From Patescibacteria group bacterium (lineage in GTDB: Bacteria > Patescibacteriota > Minisyncoccia > Phycocordibacterales > Phycocordibacteraceae), in contig JBBTSZ010000002.1 in NCBI GenBank assembly GCA_038064495.1, positions 216,934-280,933 of the forward strand: a DNA stretch of 64,000 bases, given 5' to 3'. Each line of letters opens with the position of its first letter. Position 1 is the stretch's first letter. Positions 1 to 9,418 of the stretch are shown here, in pieces. The translations under genes were made by a program, and so were the position numbers. Under the pieces are notes generated by a model, which had not been told where the DNA came from, searched no databases, and saw only the letters and a list, made by a program, of their open reading frames with translations.

Positions 1-6
1 CTTTTT

Positions 7-1017
7 ATGAAAGTGAGATGGGCCGAGCGTCTCACCGAGCCGGACGATGAGACACAACTTCTTGCACTCATGCTGTGGAATGAAGCAAAAGAGCGGAGCA
101 TCACCGTCGAAGAGGTTCGCTTGTTCGGACTTCCTCGCAACATCTTTGTTGCAACACTCGCAAATGGCCGGCGTATTTCGTACGAAGGTATACCACTTCC
201 AGCAAGCTCGGTATCTCGAGTACCTTGGTTGGACGATAAGGAAAAGTTGAAGAAGGAATTTACGAAGCGTGGACTGCCGGTAGCGGAGGGTGGAACGGCG
301 CGAACACTTAGCGAAGCGAAGCGGATTTTCCGAAAACTTTCAGCTCCAGTGATTGTGAAGCCGTATTCTGGGTCTGGTTCACGTCACACGGTGCTTCACG
401 TAGATACGGAAGAAAAACTAAAAACAGCCTTTGAAATTGCGAAGCAGATTTGTCCGGCCGCAGTGATTGAAGAAGAACTCGTGGGGCCGGTCTATCGCGC
501 TACGGTGGTGGATGGCGTGCTTGAAGCAACGCTCAGACGGGACCAACCCCATGTGCTCGGCGACGGTATACATACGATAGAAACGTTAGTGAAAGCGGCC
601 AACGAGAATCCGAAGCGAAAGGGACCTTACTTCCACGAACTTTCACTGGATGCACTTGCTGACGAAGAACTTGCCTGGCAATCCCTTACTCGCACGAGTG
701 TACCGGAGAAGGAACAACGCGTACTCCTTCATCAAAAGATAAACTGGAGTGTGGGTGGTACCACGGCTGACGTCACGGACGATGTACATCCGGACAACCG
801 CGAACTTTTTGAGCGCGTTGCAAAGGAGCTCAAAGCGTCCATCGTTGGTATTGATTTCATCATTTCCGACGTCGCTCGCTCATGGAAGGAGACGGAGCGG
901 TGTGGAATTATTGAATGCAACTCCATGCCGTTTTTTGATAATCACCACTTACCGTTTGAAGGTAAGCCCCGTAATGTAGCAGCGAAAATCTGGGACATGA
1001 TAGAACGCTCTAAGTAA
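7..1017 (+). CDS. ATP-grasp protein, cyanophycin synthetase-like ATP-grasp domain (probably 5'-truncated by the window edge)
   Basis: WLDDKEKLK, PVIVKP, VIEE, VLGDGIHTIETLV, GIDFII, IIECNSMP motifs; frame is open to position 1. Confidence 0.75.
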   Translation: MKVRWAERLTEPDDETQLLALMLWNEAKERSITVEEVRLFGLPRNIFVATLANGRRISYEGIPLPASSVSRVPWLDDKEKLKKEFTKRGLPVAEGGTARTLSEAKRIFRKLSAPVIVKPYSGSGSRHTVLHVDTEEKLKTAFEIAKQICPAAVIEEELVGPVYRATVVDGVLEATLRRDQPHVLGDGIHTIETLVKAANENPKRKGPYFHELSLDALADEELAWQSLTRTSVPEKEQRVLLHQKINWSVGGTTADVTDDVHPDNRELFERVAKELKASIVGIDFIISDVARSWKETERCGIIECNSMPFFDNHHLPFEGKPRNVAAKIWDMIERSK

Positions 1018-2491
1018 GATTGTTTGTATAAAGCGTCGGTACAAGTTTCTCAGAGAGGCCAAGTACCGTTTCCATATCGCTATAGGTGAGCGCGGCGAGG
1101 TCAGATTCGCGTGCAGCACCGGCCACACTGACTCGATAGAGATCAGGATGCATGAGTGAGTGGGCTTCCTCAAGGGTGAGTTGTTCAGCAGCTTCTATAA
1201 AACGAGTCCAGGAAGTTTCGGTGCTGTAGAGAGCAAAATCTAACCCAGTAGCCGGTACATGTTTTCCATCAGCTTCCAGAAGGCCGATAATAAACTCCCC
1301 ACAGAGGTTTTTAGTGAAGTCGTCATCCGGAGCGGGAGGAAGTGAAAATACCTTTCGGTAGGCAAGTTCAAACTCAGTGAGATAGTTCACCTGACTAAAC
1401 CCTCCGAGGCATTTGAGCCCGTAATACTGAGAGAGAGTCATCAGGGAGAGCATCATGCTCGGAATCAGAATCTGTGCAGCCAAAAGTGCTCCAATACCTT
1501 CAGGCGTGAGAGGCACTACGTATGTTCCATCTGTTGAGACAAGCTCAGCGCCGTTCCGTATGAGTGCAATACGCGCTCGCGCACCTTCCGGTAGATACCA
1601 GAAATGAAAGGTCCCGCGGTGCTCCTTCCGCGAGAAGGCACTCGGTAGTCCATCAAACTCTACTTCAACCTTATTTAGGATTTCTGCGTCAAACAAGAAT
1701 TGATGGAGTTCGGTAGGAGCATCGAGATGGTGCTTCAGCAACAATCGTATACACACTTCTTCAATACTGAGCGTAATAAGTCGTGGAAGCCTCGTCTCAC
1801 TGAAACTGTTTTGCCAGAGTGCCTCGTTCGTTATCGTAATCTGACTTGCGAAGTTTGAAGCTGAGAGAGCTTCAGGTGTTCCGTAGATTTCTTGTAAAAG
1901 TGTACTCACGTTCTTGGTAAGTTTTGGACTGAGTCCCATGCTATTGAGGGAATGCTGCATGCGCTCAAGGTCCTGGGCAGTGTACGCACGAAAACGAAAC
2001 ACGGGGGAGAGGCGTTCAGAGGCAGGGAAGAAGTGGAGGCGATGCTCCGTTCCGAGTTCATCATGAAAAAGGAGCGAACGCGGAAAGGAAGAATTGCCCA
2101 GTGAGACATTACTACACGCAAGCACGAGGGTGTTTTCATGTGACGCTCTCGAAGCCTCTACCTGAGGACTCGCTGCAAGCAGATTGGCATGTACGAAAAA
2201 AGGGTGCATGAGAGGACCGTGATGGTCGGTGGTTGAAGCGTAGTAGTGTTCCGTGAGTTGTCTTTCAATACTTTCTCTCGCTTCCTTTCCGAGAAGTTCT
2301 TGGGTGAGAGCGGTAATTTCTGCAATACATTCTTCTTTTCGCTTCGCATCCGTGACTCGAGTATTCACCGCGTACCCTTTCGCATAGTCAAAGGCGCTCA
2401 TAGCACCCTTTGTTTCAAGTATCGTTTTCAAGACAGGCCGATTTTTGAGTACCGCGCTCCGTAGGCGCGTAAACTGTTCGGCAGAAATCAT
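1010..2491 (-). CDS. hypothetical protein, 493 aa
   Basis: long ORF; TGC-TAGAGT box 6 nt upstream of ATG; no family recognised. Confidence 0.75.
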   Translation of the reverse strand: MISAEQFTRLRSAVLKNRPVLKTILETKGAMSAFDYAKGYAVNTRVTDAKRKEECIAEITALTQELLGKEARESIERQLTEHYYASTTDHHGPLMHPFFVHANLLAASPQVEASRASHENTLVLACSNVSLGNSSFPRSLLFHDELGTEHRLHFFPASERLSPVFRFRAYTAQDLERMQHSLNSMGLSPKLTKNVSTLLQEIYGTPEALSASNFASQITITNEALWQNSFSETRLPRLITLSIEEVCIRLLLKHHLDAPTELHQFLFDAEILNKVEVEFDGLPSAFSRKEHRGTFHFWYLPEGARARIALIRNGAELVSTDGTYVVPLTPEGIGALLAAQILIPSMMLSLMTLSQYYGLKCLGGFSQVNYLTEFELAYRKVFSLPPAPDDDFTKNLCGEFIIGLLEADGKHVPATGLDFALYSTETSWTRFIEAAEQLTLEEAHSLMHPDLYRVSVAGAARESDLAALTYSDMETVLGLSEKLVPTLYTNNLT

Positions 2492-2521
2492 GAGGCCACT
2501 CTAGCACGCTCAATTGTGCTG

Positions 2522-2550
2522 TTGCGCTCACCCTTTGCGCCCTATATACT
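2522..2550 (+). promoter_or_regulatory. sigma70-type promoter
   Basis: TTGCGC-17 nt-TATACT. Confidence 0.55.
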
Positions 2551-2641
2551 AAGGGGGTAGGTCGATTGCCAGCCAATAAATATTGGACGGCTTATTTTTT
2601 TGGCGTTATAGCCGGAAGTAAGCTGTTCTCCCTAAAACACT

Positions 2642-2773
2642 ATGGATGAGATGAACAATGACCAGGTTATGGGCGACGAGCAGGAGACTGCTGCCGCTAT
2701 GCCTGCAGAAGAGGCTATGGAGACCGAAGCGGCTCCTGAGGTCGCTGAGGAGACTGGCGAGGAGGCTGCATAA
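2642..2773 (+). CDS. small hyperacidic protein, 43 aa (below ORF-track cutoff)
   Basis: MDEMNNDQVMGDEQETAAAMPAEEAMETEAAPEVAEETGEEAA*; lies between a promoter and a terminator. Confidence 0.7.
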   Translation: MDEMNNDQVMGDEQETAAAMPAEEAMETEAAPEVAEETGEEAA

Positions 2774-2788
2774 GCCACTCGACAATCG

Positions 2789-2826
2789 AACAGAAAACCC
2801 GCACCTAGGTGCGGGTTTTCTGTTTT
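2789..2826 (+). terminator. intrinsic terminator
   Basis: AACAGAAAACCCGCACC / GGTGCGGGTTTTCTGTT inverted repeat with T tract. Confidence 0.75.
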
Positions 2827-2848
2827 CTGGCGTGAGTTGCGCGGGGAT

Positions 2849-2952
2849 CAGAATCTTCCTATACAAGGCACGGGGAAGTATCCGAAGTAGGCGTATATGG
2901 TATACGACGGATGAGGGTGCTGGGACCCGTAACGAAGTAGAGAAAGATTCTG
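2849..2952 (+). repeat. dispersed palindromic element family 1, copy A
   Basis: CAGAATCTT/AAGATTCTG closing stem, AAGGC...AACGAA loop, CGTAT-N5-ATACG apex. Confidence 0.8.
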
Positions 2953-2961
2953 GCCATGTGC

Positions 2962-3885
2962 CTAGCGGGTCATGAGCCACTGGTAAATATCTTCCAAAGC
3001 CTTCACTGCATCTCCCGCAGCAATATTGTTTTGATGATAGAGCTCGTCGGTACAATCACCTGCAGCCCAGATGCCCGCAATGCTCGTGTGTTGGTTCTTT
3101 GGATCGGTAACGACACGGCCGACACTATCAAGTTCAAGGAAGTCTTTCGCAAAGTCAGTGTTTGGCATCACACCAATTTCTACGAACACACCTTCTACCG
3201 CGAGTGTGGTTTCAACACCTGAGTCGCGGTGCTTCACTTTGAGACCTGTTACAAACTTCTCACCGAGCACCTCGGTTGGCTCACTCTTATAGATAACCTT
3301 GAAGTTTGGATTCTTGGTAAGACGCTCCACCGTAATTTCGTCCCCTTTGAGTGCATCATGACGATGGATGAGCGTAACGCTCTTACAGTAGGCAAGGAGC
3401 TGAGCGGCCGTTTCTAGACCTGCGTTCCCGCCACCTACGACTGCGACATCAAGATCTGCATAGAGAGGTCCATCACAGGAAGCACAATAGGTGACTCCTT
3501 TGTTTTCAAATACGTCAGCACCCGGAATAGCGAGCTTCCTGCGAGCGGCACCAGAAGCAACAAGGACGGAACGTGCAGAAAGGACTTTCCCATCACGAGT
3601 GGTGACTTTAAAAGCACCGTTATCCTTCTCTAGTTTTTCCACTCGGTCACCTTCTACAACTTCTACAATCTCTCCTTTATATGCCTCAAGGTGTGTCTTG
3701 AAGGAATGAGCGAGCTCACTCCCGGGGATTTTAATCGTACCAATCCAGTTTTCAATTCCTTCTGATACGGTGGACTGTCCACCGATTTCTTCTGCTATTA
3801 AAACAGACTTGAGACGCTTACGCGCAGCGTAGACACCGGCGGACACACCCGCGGGTCCTCCGCCAATAATGATGAGGTCATGCAT
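2962..3885 (-). CDS. trxB: thioredoxin reductase / AhpF-like FAD-dependent disulfide reductase
   Basis: GGGPAG, YCASCDG, GGGNAG, AAGD motifs; start placed at MHDLIII, 9 nt after TATACT. Confidence 0.9.
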   Translation of the reverse strand: MHDLIIIGGGPAGVSAGVYAARKRLKSVLIAEEIGGQSTVSEGIENWIGTIKIPGSELAHSFKTHLEAYKGEIVEVVEGDRVEKLEKDNGAFKVTTRDGKVLSARSVLVASGAARRKLAIPGADVFENKGVTYCASCDGPLYADLDVAVVGGGNAGLETAAQLLAYCKSVTLIHRHDALKGDEITVERLTKNPNFKVIYKSEPTEVLGEKFVTGLKVKHRDSGVETTLAVEGVFVEIGVMPNTDFAKDFLELDSVGRVVTDPKNQHTSIAGIWAAGDCTDELYHQNNIAAGDAVKALEDIYQWLMTR

Positions 3886-3993
3886 AGTCTCCCGAGTATA
3901 CCAAAACACTTTAGTTCTGTATAAAAAAACAAAACCGCACCAGGGCTTACGTGAGTAAGGTGGTGCGGTCAGCGAACGATTTAGTGAGTTGGC

Positions 3994-4230
3994 TTAGTAT
4001 GCGACGGTCAGCCTTGCCTTCCGTTTATCATGGATTCCGCCCACAATGACGACGGCAGGAATCCAGGCCATGAAGGCGCCGTAGAAGGCGAGACCGAATT
4101 GACCAGTGGCGTAGCCGACGAGGAGTGCGATAATCAAGAGAACGGCAAGCGTCTTCATGATGAACTGCGATGCCTCTCCTTGTTCGCGATTCCAATCTTC
4201 AATCTCAGAAGTGCTCATTGAATTGCACAT
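3994..4230 (-). CDS. small membrane protein (2 TM), start uncertain
   Basis: hydrophobic stretches; upstream TTGACA-17-TATGAT promoter and downstream hairpin near 3931-3969. Confidence 0.55.
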   Translation of the reverse strand: MCNSMSTSEIEDWNREQGEASQFIMKTLAVLLIIALLVGYATGQFGLAFYGAFMAWIPAVVIVGGIHDKRKARLTVAY

Positions 4231-4350
4231 AGTACCGGTCCTTTTTTGAGGTTGCGGTGGGAACTCACCTAAGGTAATCATAGCATGAACGTATAGACTT
4301 GTCAACTTTCTTATTAGAATTGGGAGGAAACACGGAAATCCATAAAAGAA

Positions 4351-4534
4351 AACTCCGCAAGGGGCTTTCAGAGCAGAGCGAGGAGTGTTAGTGCGGAAGA
4401 GTAGAGTAGTTGATCGAGCATGGTGTTTTGGTATTTCTATGCGTCTCCGCTATACCAAAACTCGAACGCGGAACTGAGAGAGCCACCGGCTGGGGTGGCT
4501 CTCGCTCTTTCGCACTTGCACTCCGAGTGGAGTT
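4351..4534. repeat. multi-branched palindromic intergenic element downstream of ftsZ
   Basis: nested stems AACTCCGC/GTGGAGTT, GGAGTG/CACTCC, AGTGCG/CGCACT, GTTTTGGTAT/ATACCAAAAC, GAGAGCCACC/GGTGGCTCTC. Confidence 0.65.
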
Positions 4535-5819
4535 ATTTCTTGTGGCGGCGGAGGAAACTTGGAATAGCCCCCCACGCCTCATCATCCTCCTGGGGAGTGG
4601 CTGATGCTGACGGAGGCGTAACTGATTTACCTGAAGGCGTCTCGTCACGAGGTTTCGGCTGTGCGGTCACAATAGGCTCCTCACGGCGCATAGACTCGCG
4701 AACGGGCTCATCCTCTGCCGGTGCGGGAGCAGGGGCCTCCTCGGAGTTGTGACGGCGCATAACGTCTCCAAAGATTTTACTCCTCGCATCCTCATCTTTG
4801 AGTGGCATAGCAAAGAGAGAACGCTCTACGCCCGTAACAGAAGAGGTGTCGCTGCTCTCAGACTCTGGGAAGCCAGTTGCAATAACAATGATGCGGATTT
4901 GGCCTTTCTTGAGCTTCTCATCACGCATGATACCGAAGATAACCTTCGCGTTTTTATCAACGGAGTCACCAATAACCTTGGCTGCTTCTTGAACCTCAAG
5001 GATGCCAAGATCGTCGCTACCCGCGACCACAAAGAGCACGCCCTTTGCACCTGCAATAGAGACATCAAGAAGCGGGGAATTAACCGCCATAGCTGCTGCG
5101 TCCTGAGCACGACGGTCTCCGTCGGCAATACCAATACCCATGAGTGCAGGTCCTGCTCCTTCCATGATGGCTTTGATGTCGTTGAAGTCAGTGTTGATAT
5201 CTCCCGGTGTGGTGATGATGTCGGACACACCCTCAACCGCCTGGCGAAGGATTTCATCACAAAGTGCAAATGCATTCTTTGCCGTCGTCTGTGCTTCTAC
5301 GATAGCGAGGAGCTTGTCGTTTGGAATGACGATGAAAGCATCTACTTCCTTCTTGAGTTCTGCAAGACCGCGTTCGGCAATTTCTTTACGCTGTGCTCCT
5401 TCAAACGAAAATGGCTTGGTGACCACCGCAACAGTGAGTGCACCAAGCTCCTTGGACATCTTTGCAACAACCGCGGCCGCACCGGTTCCGGTACCACCAC
5501 CCATACCGCAGGTGATGAACACCATATCTGAACCCTGGAGGGCTTCCTGAATTTCCTGACGCGTTTCTTCTGCTGCTCGGCGACCGAGTTCTGGATTCAT
5601 GCCGGCCCCAAGTCCGCGCGTGAGATTCTTACCAATGTGGATTTTCCGCTTAGCGAGTGAGCGGTGGAGATCTTGGGCGTCCGTGTTTATGGCAAGGAAT
5701 TCAACGCCTTTCACCTTGGAATTAATCATGTGGTTCACGGCATTGTTGCCAGAACCTCCTACACCTACCACGCGGATGCGTGCAAAAGTCTCGATCTCGG
5801 GTTCAACGCGCTTGGACAT
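4533..5819 (-). CDS. ftsZ: cell division protein FtsZ
   Basis: GVGGSGNN, GGGTGTG, DFNDI, C-terminal IPSFLRR. Confidence 0.98.
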   Translation of the reverse strand: MSKRVEPEIETFARIRVVGVGGSGNNAVNHMINSKVKGVEFLAINTDAQDLHRSLAKRKIHIGKNLTRGLGAGMNPELGRRAAEETRQEIQEALQGSDMVFITCGMGGGTGTGAAAVVAKMSKELGALTVAVVTKPFSFEGAQRKEIAERGLAELKKEVDAFIVIPNDKLLAIVEAQTTAKNAFALCDEILRQAVEGVSDIITTPGDINTDFNDIKAIMEGAGPALMGIGIADGDRRAQDAAAMAVNSPLLDVSIAGAKGVLFVVAGSDDLGILEVQEAAKVIGDSVDKNAKVIFGIMRDEKLKKGQIRIIVIATGFPESESSDTSSVTGVERSLFAMPLKDEDARSKIFGDVMRRHNSEEAPAPAPAEDEPVRESMRREEPIVTAQPKPRDETPSGKSVTPPSASATPQEDDEAWGAIPSFLRRHKK

Positions 5820-5911
5820 AGGTACTTAATTAGCCACAAAAGATAATGGGGTAATGATACCAGGGCACGCAATTACGCAAATATTGACAAAAAACGCAAT
5901 AATATCGCTAT

Positions 5912-7078
5912 TTATGGCAAGAATTGCTTGATAAATCGCTCAAATGAACTTCCAAGCCCACTAAATTTATGTGTCTTCGGAGTTTCGGTGTCGCCGGTAA
6001 GGCCCCAGAGTGCAAGACCGTAGGCAACGGCCCACATCGCGTCGCGGACTTTACTATCGGGAGCAACGCGCATGTCTGCGGTGCGTGAGGGAAGTGAAAG
6101 TGCGTTTTTTGCAATATCAATAATAGAAGCCTGTCCGCTTCCACCTCCAGAAATAATAATGCCGGCAGGAAGCACCCCTTTGCGTCCGAGCACTTTCAAA
6201 TGTTTATCAATGAGTTCAAACATCGTGCGCACTCGTGAAGCGATAACTTCTTCCACTTTCTTTCGTGGATACATAGAACCGCCAAGACGACCAAGTTTGA
6301 GACGTTCTGCGTCTTCAAGTGACATCTTAAAACCGAGTGCAAGGTCATCGGTCACATTACTGGAGCCAACCGGGAACACTTTTACGGAAATCGGTACTCC
6401 TTCGTCGTGCACCACAATAGAAACGGTTTCAGAGCCAATGTTTGCAAGGACACAGCCCTTCATTTTCTGGTCTTTCGTGAGGATGACGTAGGAGCCCGCA
6501 AGTGGGGAAGCCATGCGGTCAATGACCTCAATATCAGCAGCTTCGGTGGCAAGCGTGAGCGCCTGCTCGTGCTGAGCAAGGCAGGTAACAAAAAGATAGT
6601 CGGCCTCAAGACGCGTACCCTTCATGCCATGGGGTTCGCCAAGTGATTTCACTCCGTCCACACGGAACTCAAGTGGGATTTCGTGGAGAATTTTTTTATT
6701 TAAAAAATTGGGGGCAGCTGCCTCACGTGCAGCTTCACGTGTCTTCTCAATATCAAGTTCGGTAATCTCCTGGTCAGCGCGAGAAATGATGGTGGTTCCT
6801 GAAGCACGAGTTTCATCAAGCGAGACGCCTCCAACAGCGAGGAACCCTTTCTTAATAGGAAAACGCGCCATCTGTTCTGCCTGGTGCTTTGCTTGCCGCA
6901 CACTTTGCGCGACGTCTTCAATATCTACCACATAGCCGTGGCGCATGCCGGACGTAGCCGCAAGACCGGTACCAATGATTTGAACACCCCCGCCTTCAGT
7001 AGCAGGGAGCTCCTCTATCACCACGACCTTCGTGTGATGCGTTCCGATATCAATGCCGGTCGTGATACGCCTTGCCAT
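5912..7078 (-). CDS. ftsA: cell division protein FtsA
   Basis: GIDIGT, GMRHG, NIGSET, AERLK, SGGGS actin-fold motifs; upstream of ftsZ. Confidence 0.93.
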   Translation of the reverse strand: MARRITTGIDIGTHHTKVVVIEELPATEGGGVQIIGTGLAATSGMRHGYVVDIEDVAQSVRQAKHQAEQMARFPIKKGFLAVGGVSLDETRASGTTIISRADQEITELDIEKTREAAREAAAPNFLNKKILHEIPLEFRVDGVKSLGEPHGMKGTRLEADYLFVTCLAQHEQALTLATEAADIEVIDRMASPLAGSYVILTKDQKMKGCVLANIGSETVSIVVHDEGVPISVKVFPVGSSNVTDDLALGFKMSLEDAERLKLGRLGGSMYPRKKVEEVIASRVRTMFELIDKHLKVLGRKGVLPAGIIISGGGSGQASIIDIAKNALSLPSRTADMRVAPDSKVRDAMWAVAYGLALWGLTGDTETPKTHKFSGLGSSFERFIKQFLP

Positions 7079-7469
7079 CAGGAGGTACTAGATTAATAAA
7101 ACGCTGAAGCAGCGCGCGTTCTTGCTTATCCATTGTAGCGCTGTGTGACATCCCCTTCAAATGCAGTAAACCGTGGATAAAAAGAAAACCGACCATCGCA
7201 GTGTAGGAAAAGCCATAGGAGCGAGCTTGTGAGCGCGCTACCTCAGGACAAATGATAATTTCGCCGCTTTTTTTACCACTTTCGTACGACAGTACATTCG
7301 GAACGTACTCTTTATTCCGTAAACGTTTGTTGAGTGAGCGCGCTCGAACACGTCCGGCAAACACGAGTGACAACTCCCAACTAGGAAGCACGGCTTTGAG
7401 AGCCTTTTCGTACGGGAAGGAGGGAGTTTTTCCTTTCGTGAAGTTTCGAATATCCAATTCTGCTTTCAT
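7050..7469 (-). CDS. ybeY: rRNA maturation endoribonuclease YbeY
   Basis: LNKRLR, NVLSY, GEIIIC, HGLLHLKGMSH. Confidence 0.9.
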   Translation of the reverse strand: MKAELDIRNFTKGKTPSFPYEKALKAVLPSWELSLVFAGRVRARSLNKRLRNKEYVPNVLSYESGKKSGEIIICPEVARSQARSYGFSYTAMVGFLFIHGLLHLKGMSHSATMDKQERALLQRFINLVPPDGKAYHDRH

Positions 7470-7474
7470 GTATT

Positions 7475-7601
7475 TTGAATGTGTCTACGCAGCTTCAGAT
7501 GCGAGGCGCGGGAAGCTGAGGAACGCAAACGTATTCAGTATACGATGGAGTGAGGAAGCGGGACCCGCAACAAAGCAGCTGGAGCTGCTAGGCATGTTCA
7601 A
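7475..7601 (+). repeat. dispersed palindromic element family 1, copy B
   Basis: TTGAATGTGTCTA/TAGGCATGTTCAA, CAGATGCGAGGCGC...GCAACAAAGCAG, CGTAT/ATACG apex. Confidence 0.85.
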
Positions 7602-7862
7602 CTAGCGGCGGCCTTTCGTTCGTCTTGCTGCCGGATCAATCTTTCCGAGTTTGACGAGCTCGTTGTATTCTCGCTTGCGCTCACCGGAAACGAGGGCGCG
7701 AGCATGGTCTACGTTCTTAGACTTCTGTCGGATGTAGTAGCGCTTCTTGCGCATCATGCGCACGAGGTTAAGCCCCTGCGCCCTGCGGGAGAAACGGCGA
7801 ATAAGCGAGGCTGCGCTCTCGTTCTTACCGCGACGCACCTCAACGCGTGTAGCGTTTGTCAT
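7602..7862 (-). CDS. rpsU: 30S ribosomal protein S21 (CPR-type)
   Basis: VEVRRGKNESAASLIRRFSRR...RYY; very basic. Confidence 0.75.
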   Translation of the reverse strand: MTNATRVEVRRGKNESAASLIRRFSRRAQGLNLVRMMRKKRYYIRQKSKNVDHARALVSGERKREYNELVKLGKIDPAARRTKGRR

Positions 7863-7973
7863 ATAAGCAAGAGAATAGCATACGGAGGCCGTTTTCTGCA
7901 ACCAAGCCCTAAATTGACACAGTTAGTGAGATACAGCAGGATGCGGGAGGAAGCTCATTGTAAGGAGGAAACG

Positions 7974-8816
7974 ATGAATATAGAGAATCCAGGTCGGGTT
8001 TTCGACCTTTCCTACGTTCCTCCTCGCAAGAAGGGGAAGAACAAGAAACCACCTGAGTTGGTTTTTACGACAACCTTCAACCACGGTCAAAAGACGGAGG
8101 AATGCATTTTTGAGAGTCGTATCTTTGAACGCGTCTCACCAGAGATATATTTGAAGACAAAAACACATTGGTCAGGTCAGCAAGCTGATCTATTTCCAGA
8201 AGTTCACGGACGCGGGTTTGGATTTGGTGGATGCGGATATGTTGTTGAGGCTGAAGACTTCCGTGAATATCATCTGCCACTGACTCCAACAACGGTGTAT
8301 CACGTCGCACTCACCGTTCATGTTTTCAGCATGGCTCTTGACTGGGTCACCACTGACGAAATGAAGGCTGAAAATAAGTCGAATCGTTTTCAGTTACTTA
8401 CGTTCGAGACATGGTGTGTTGCAAACAGGCAAGCGGGATGGGGACATGCTGTCCACGGTTCTGTCTTCCCAGCTTTTCGTCGGTGGCTAACGCTCACTGC
8501 CGAGAAGATGGATGAGAATTCCTCAATTTCTGAGGCAGAAGCGACGATGCGTACGGTATACAACTATCTGGGACATCCACTGGGAATGGGTTTCAATGAC
8601 CAATGTCGTGCGCGCCTGTATACCGACGGACGCTTTATTCTTGAATGTCCGGGTGATGCCTGTGATGTGGCTATTTATCCTGATTCTGACTATGGAGCCG
8701 AATCCGATATACCCACACCGTTTAGTTGTCACAACCTGGATCATGCTTGGCAGCAGCTCATTCTGCTTTCCGGACTTGCTGTTTTGCACGAGCTTGCGGT
8801 GAAGGACCTCGGCTGA
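7974..8816 (+). CDS. hypothetical protein, 280 aa
   Basis: TAAGGAGG SD 5 nt before ATG; own terminator 8824-8855; CPGDAC and CHNLDH Cys/His cluster. Confidence 0.75.
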   Translation: MNIENPGRVFDLSYVPPRKKGKNKKPPELVFTTTFNHGQKTEECIFESRIFERVSPEIYLKTKTHWSGQQADLFPEVHGRGFGFGGCGYVVEAEDFREYHLPLTPTTVYHVALTVHVFSMALDWVTTDEMKAENKSNRFQLLTFETWCVANRQAGWGHAVHGSVFPAFRRWLTLTAEKMDENSSISEAEATMRTVYNYLGHPLGMGFNDQCRARLYTDGRFILECPGDACDVAIYPDSDYGAESDIPTPFSCHNLDHAWQQLILLSGLAVLHELAVKDLG

Positions 8817-8823
8817 AAACTCT

Positions 8824-8901
8824 CGCCCCGCGCAGTGCGTGGGGCGTTTTCTTTTGCGTACATAAAAATGTAAGGCCCGGTCGTCGAATGACGACCGGGC
8901 C
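8824..8901. terminator. back-to-back intrinsic terminators of convergent orphan genes
   Basis: CGCCCCGCGCA/TGCGTGGGGCG plus T tract; GGCCCGGTCGTC/GACGACCGGGCC. Confidence 0.7.
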
Positions 8902-8911
8902 CATATTCAAT

Positions 8912-9340
8912 TCAGCGTATCCGATGATACAGACAGCCCACCCCATTTCCGACAATCGTCATGCCGAGTATGAAGAACAAAAAACCTTCATCGTGGATGT
9001 GGAGCGCAGCAAGCACCGGCCAGACCTTGTTCAGCCAGAAGACCAGAATAAGTGCGCAGGTGACTGAAAAGCTCACATACAGGATGGTTCGATTTTCGAA
9101 CTTCCGCTTGTATTGACCCTCGGTGGCTCTGCGCATGGCGAAAAAATGAAGGACTGCCGGAACGACGAGTCCGATAACAACCGGAATCTTCCAGTAGACG
9201 AGTGGTTCAGCTGTAGTTGCGAACAGGACCTTGATGATCCAGAAGGATAGTGCGACAACCATAAAACCAAAGCCGATAGAGAAGTGGCCGACTGCAGGTG
9301 TGATGCGATCGAGTAGTGAGGACCTTCTTGAAATGAGCAT
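8912..9340 (-). CDS. hypothetical membrane protein (4 TM)
   Basis: GGGAGA SD; TTGACA-17-TATAAT promoter near 9388-9416; hydrophobic helices. Confidence 0.7.
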   Translation of the reverse strand: MLISRRSSLLDRITPAVGHFSIGFGFMVVALSFWIIKVLFATTAEPLVYWKIPVVIGLVVPAVLHFFAMRRATEGQYKRKFENRTILYVSFSVTCALILVFWLNKVWPVLAALHIHDEGFLFFILGMTIVGNGVGCLYHRIR

Positions 9341-9418
9341 AATCCATCTCCCAGACACTACCGGACCCCGGTGTGTTTCTAGCGACAATTATACCCTCTT
9401 AAGTTATTTTGTCAAAAA

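Noticed and set aside
4749-5531. 260-aa ORF antisense to ftsZ, and similar shadow ORFs over rpsA, gyrA, clpB and topA
   Set aside because: Typical antisense shadows of conserved genes, with no motifs or expression signals
7704-7973. N-terminal extension of the 370-aa ORF
   Set aside because: It overlaps rpsU antisense; the strong SD marks ATG 7974
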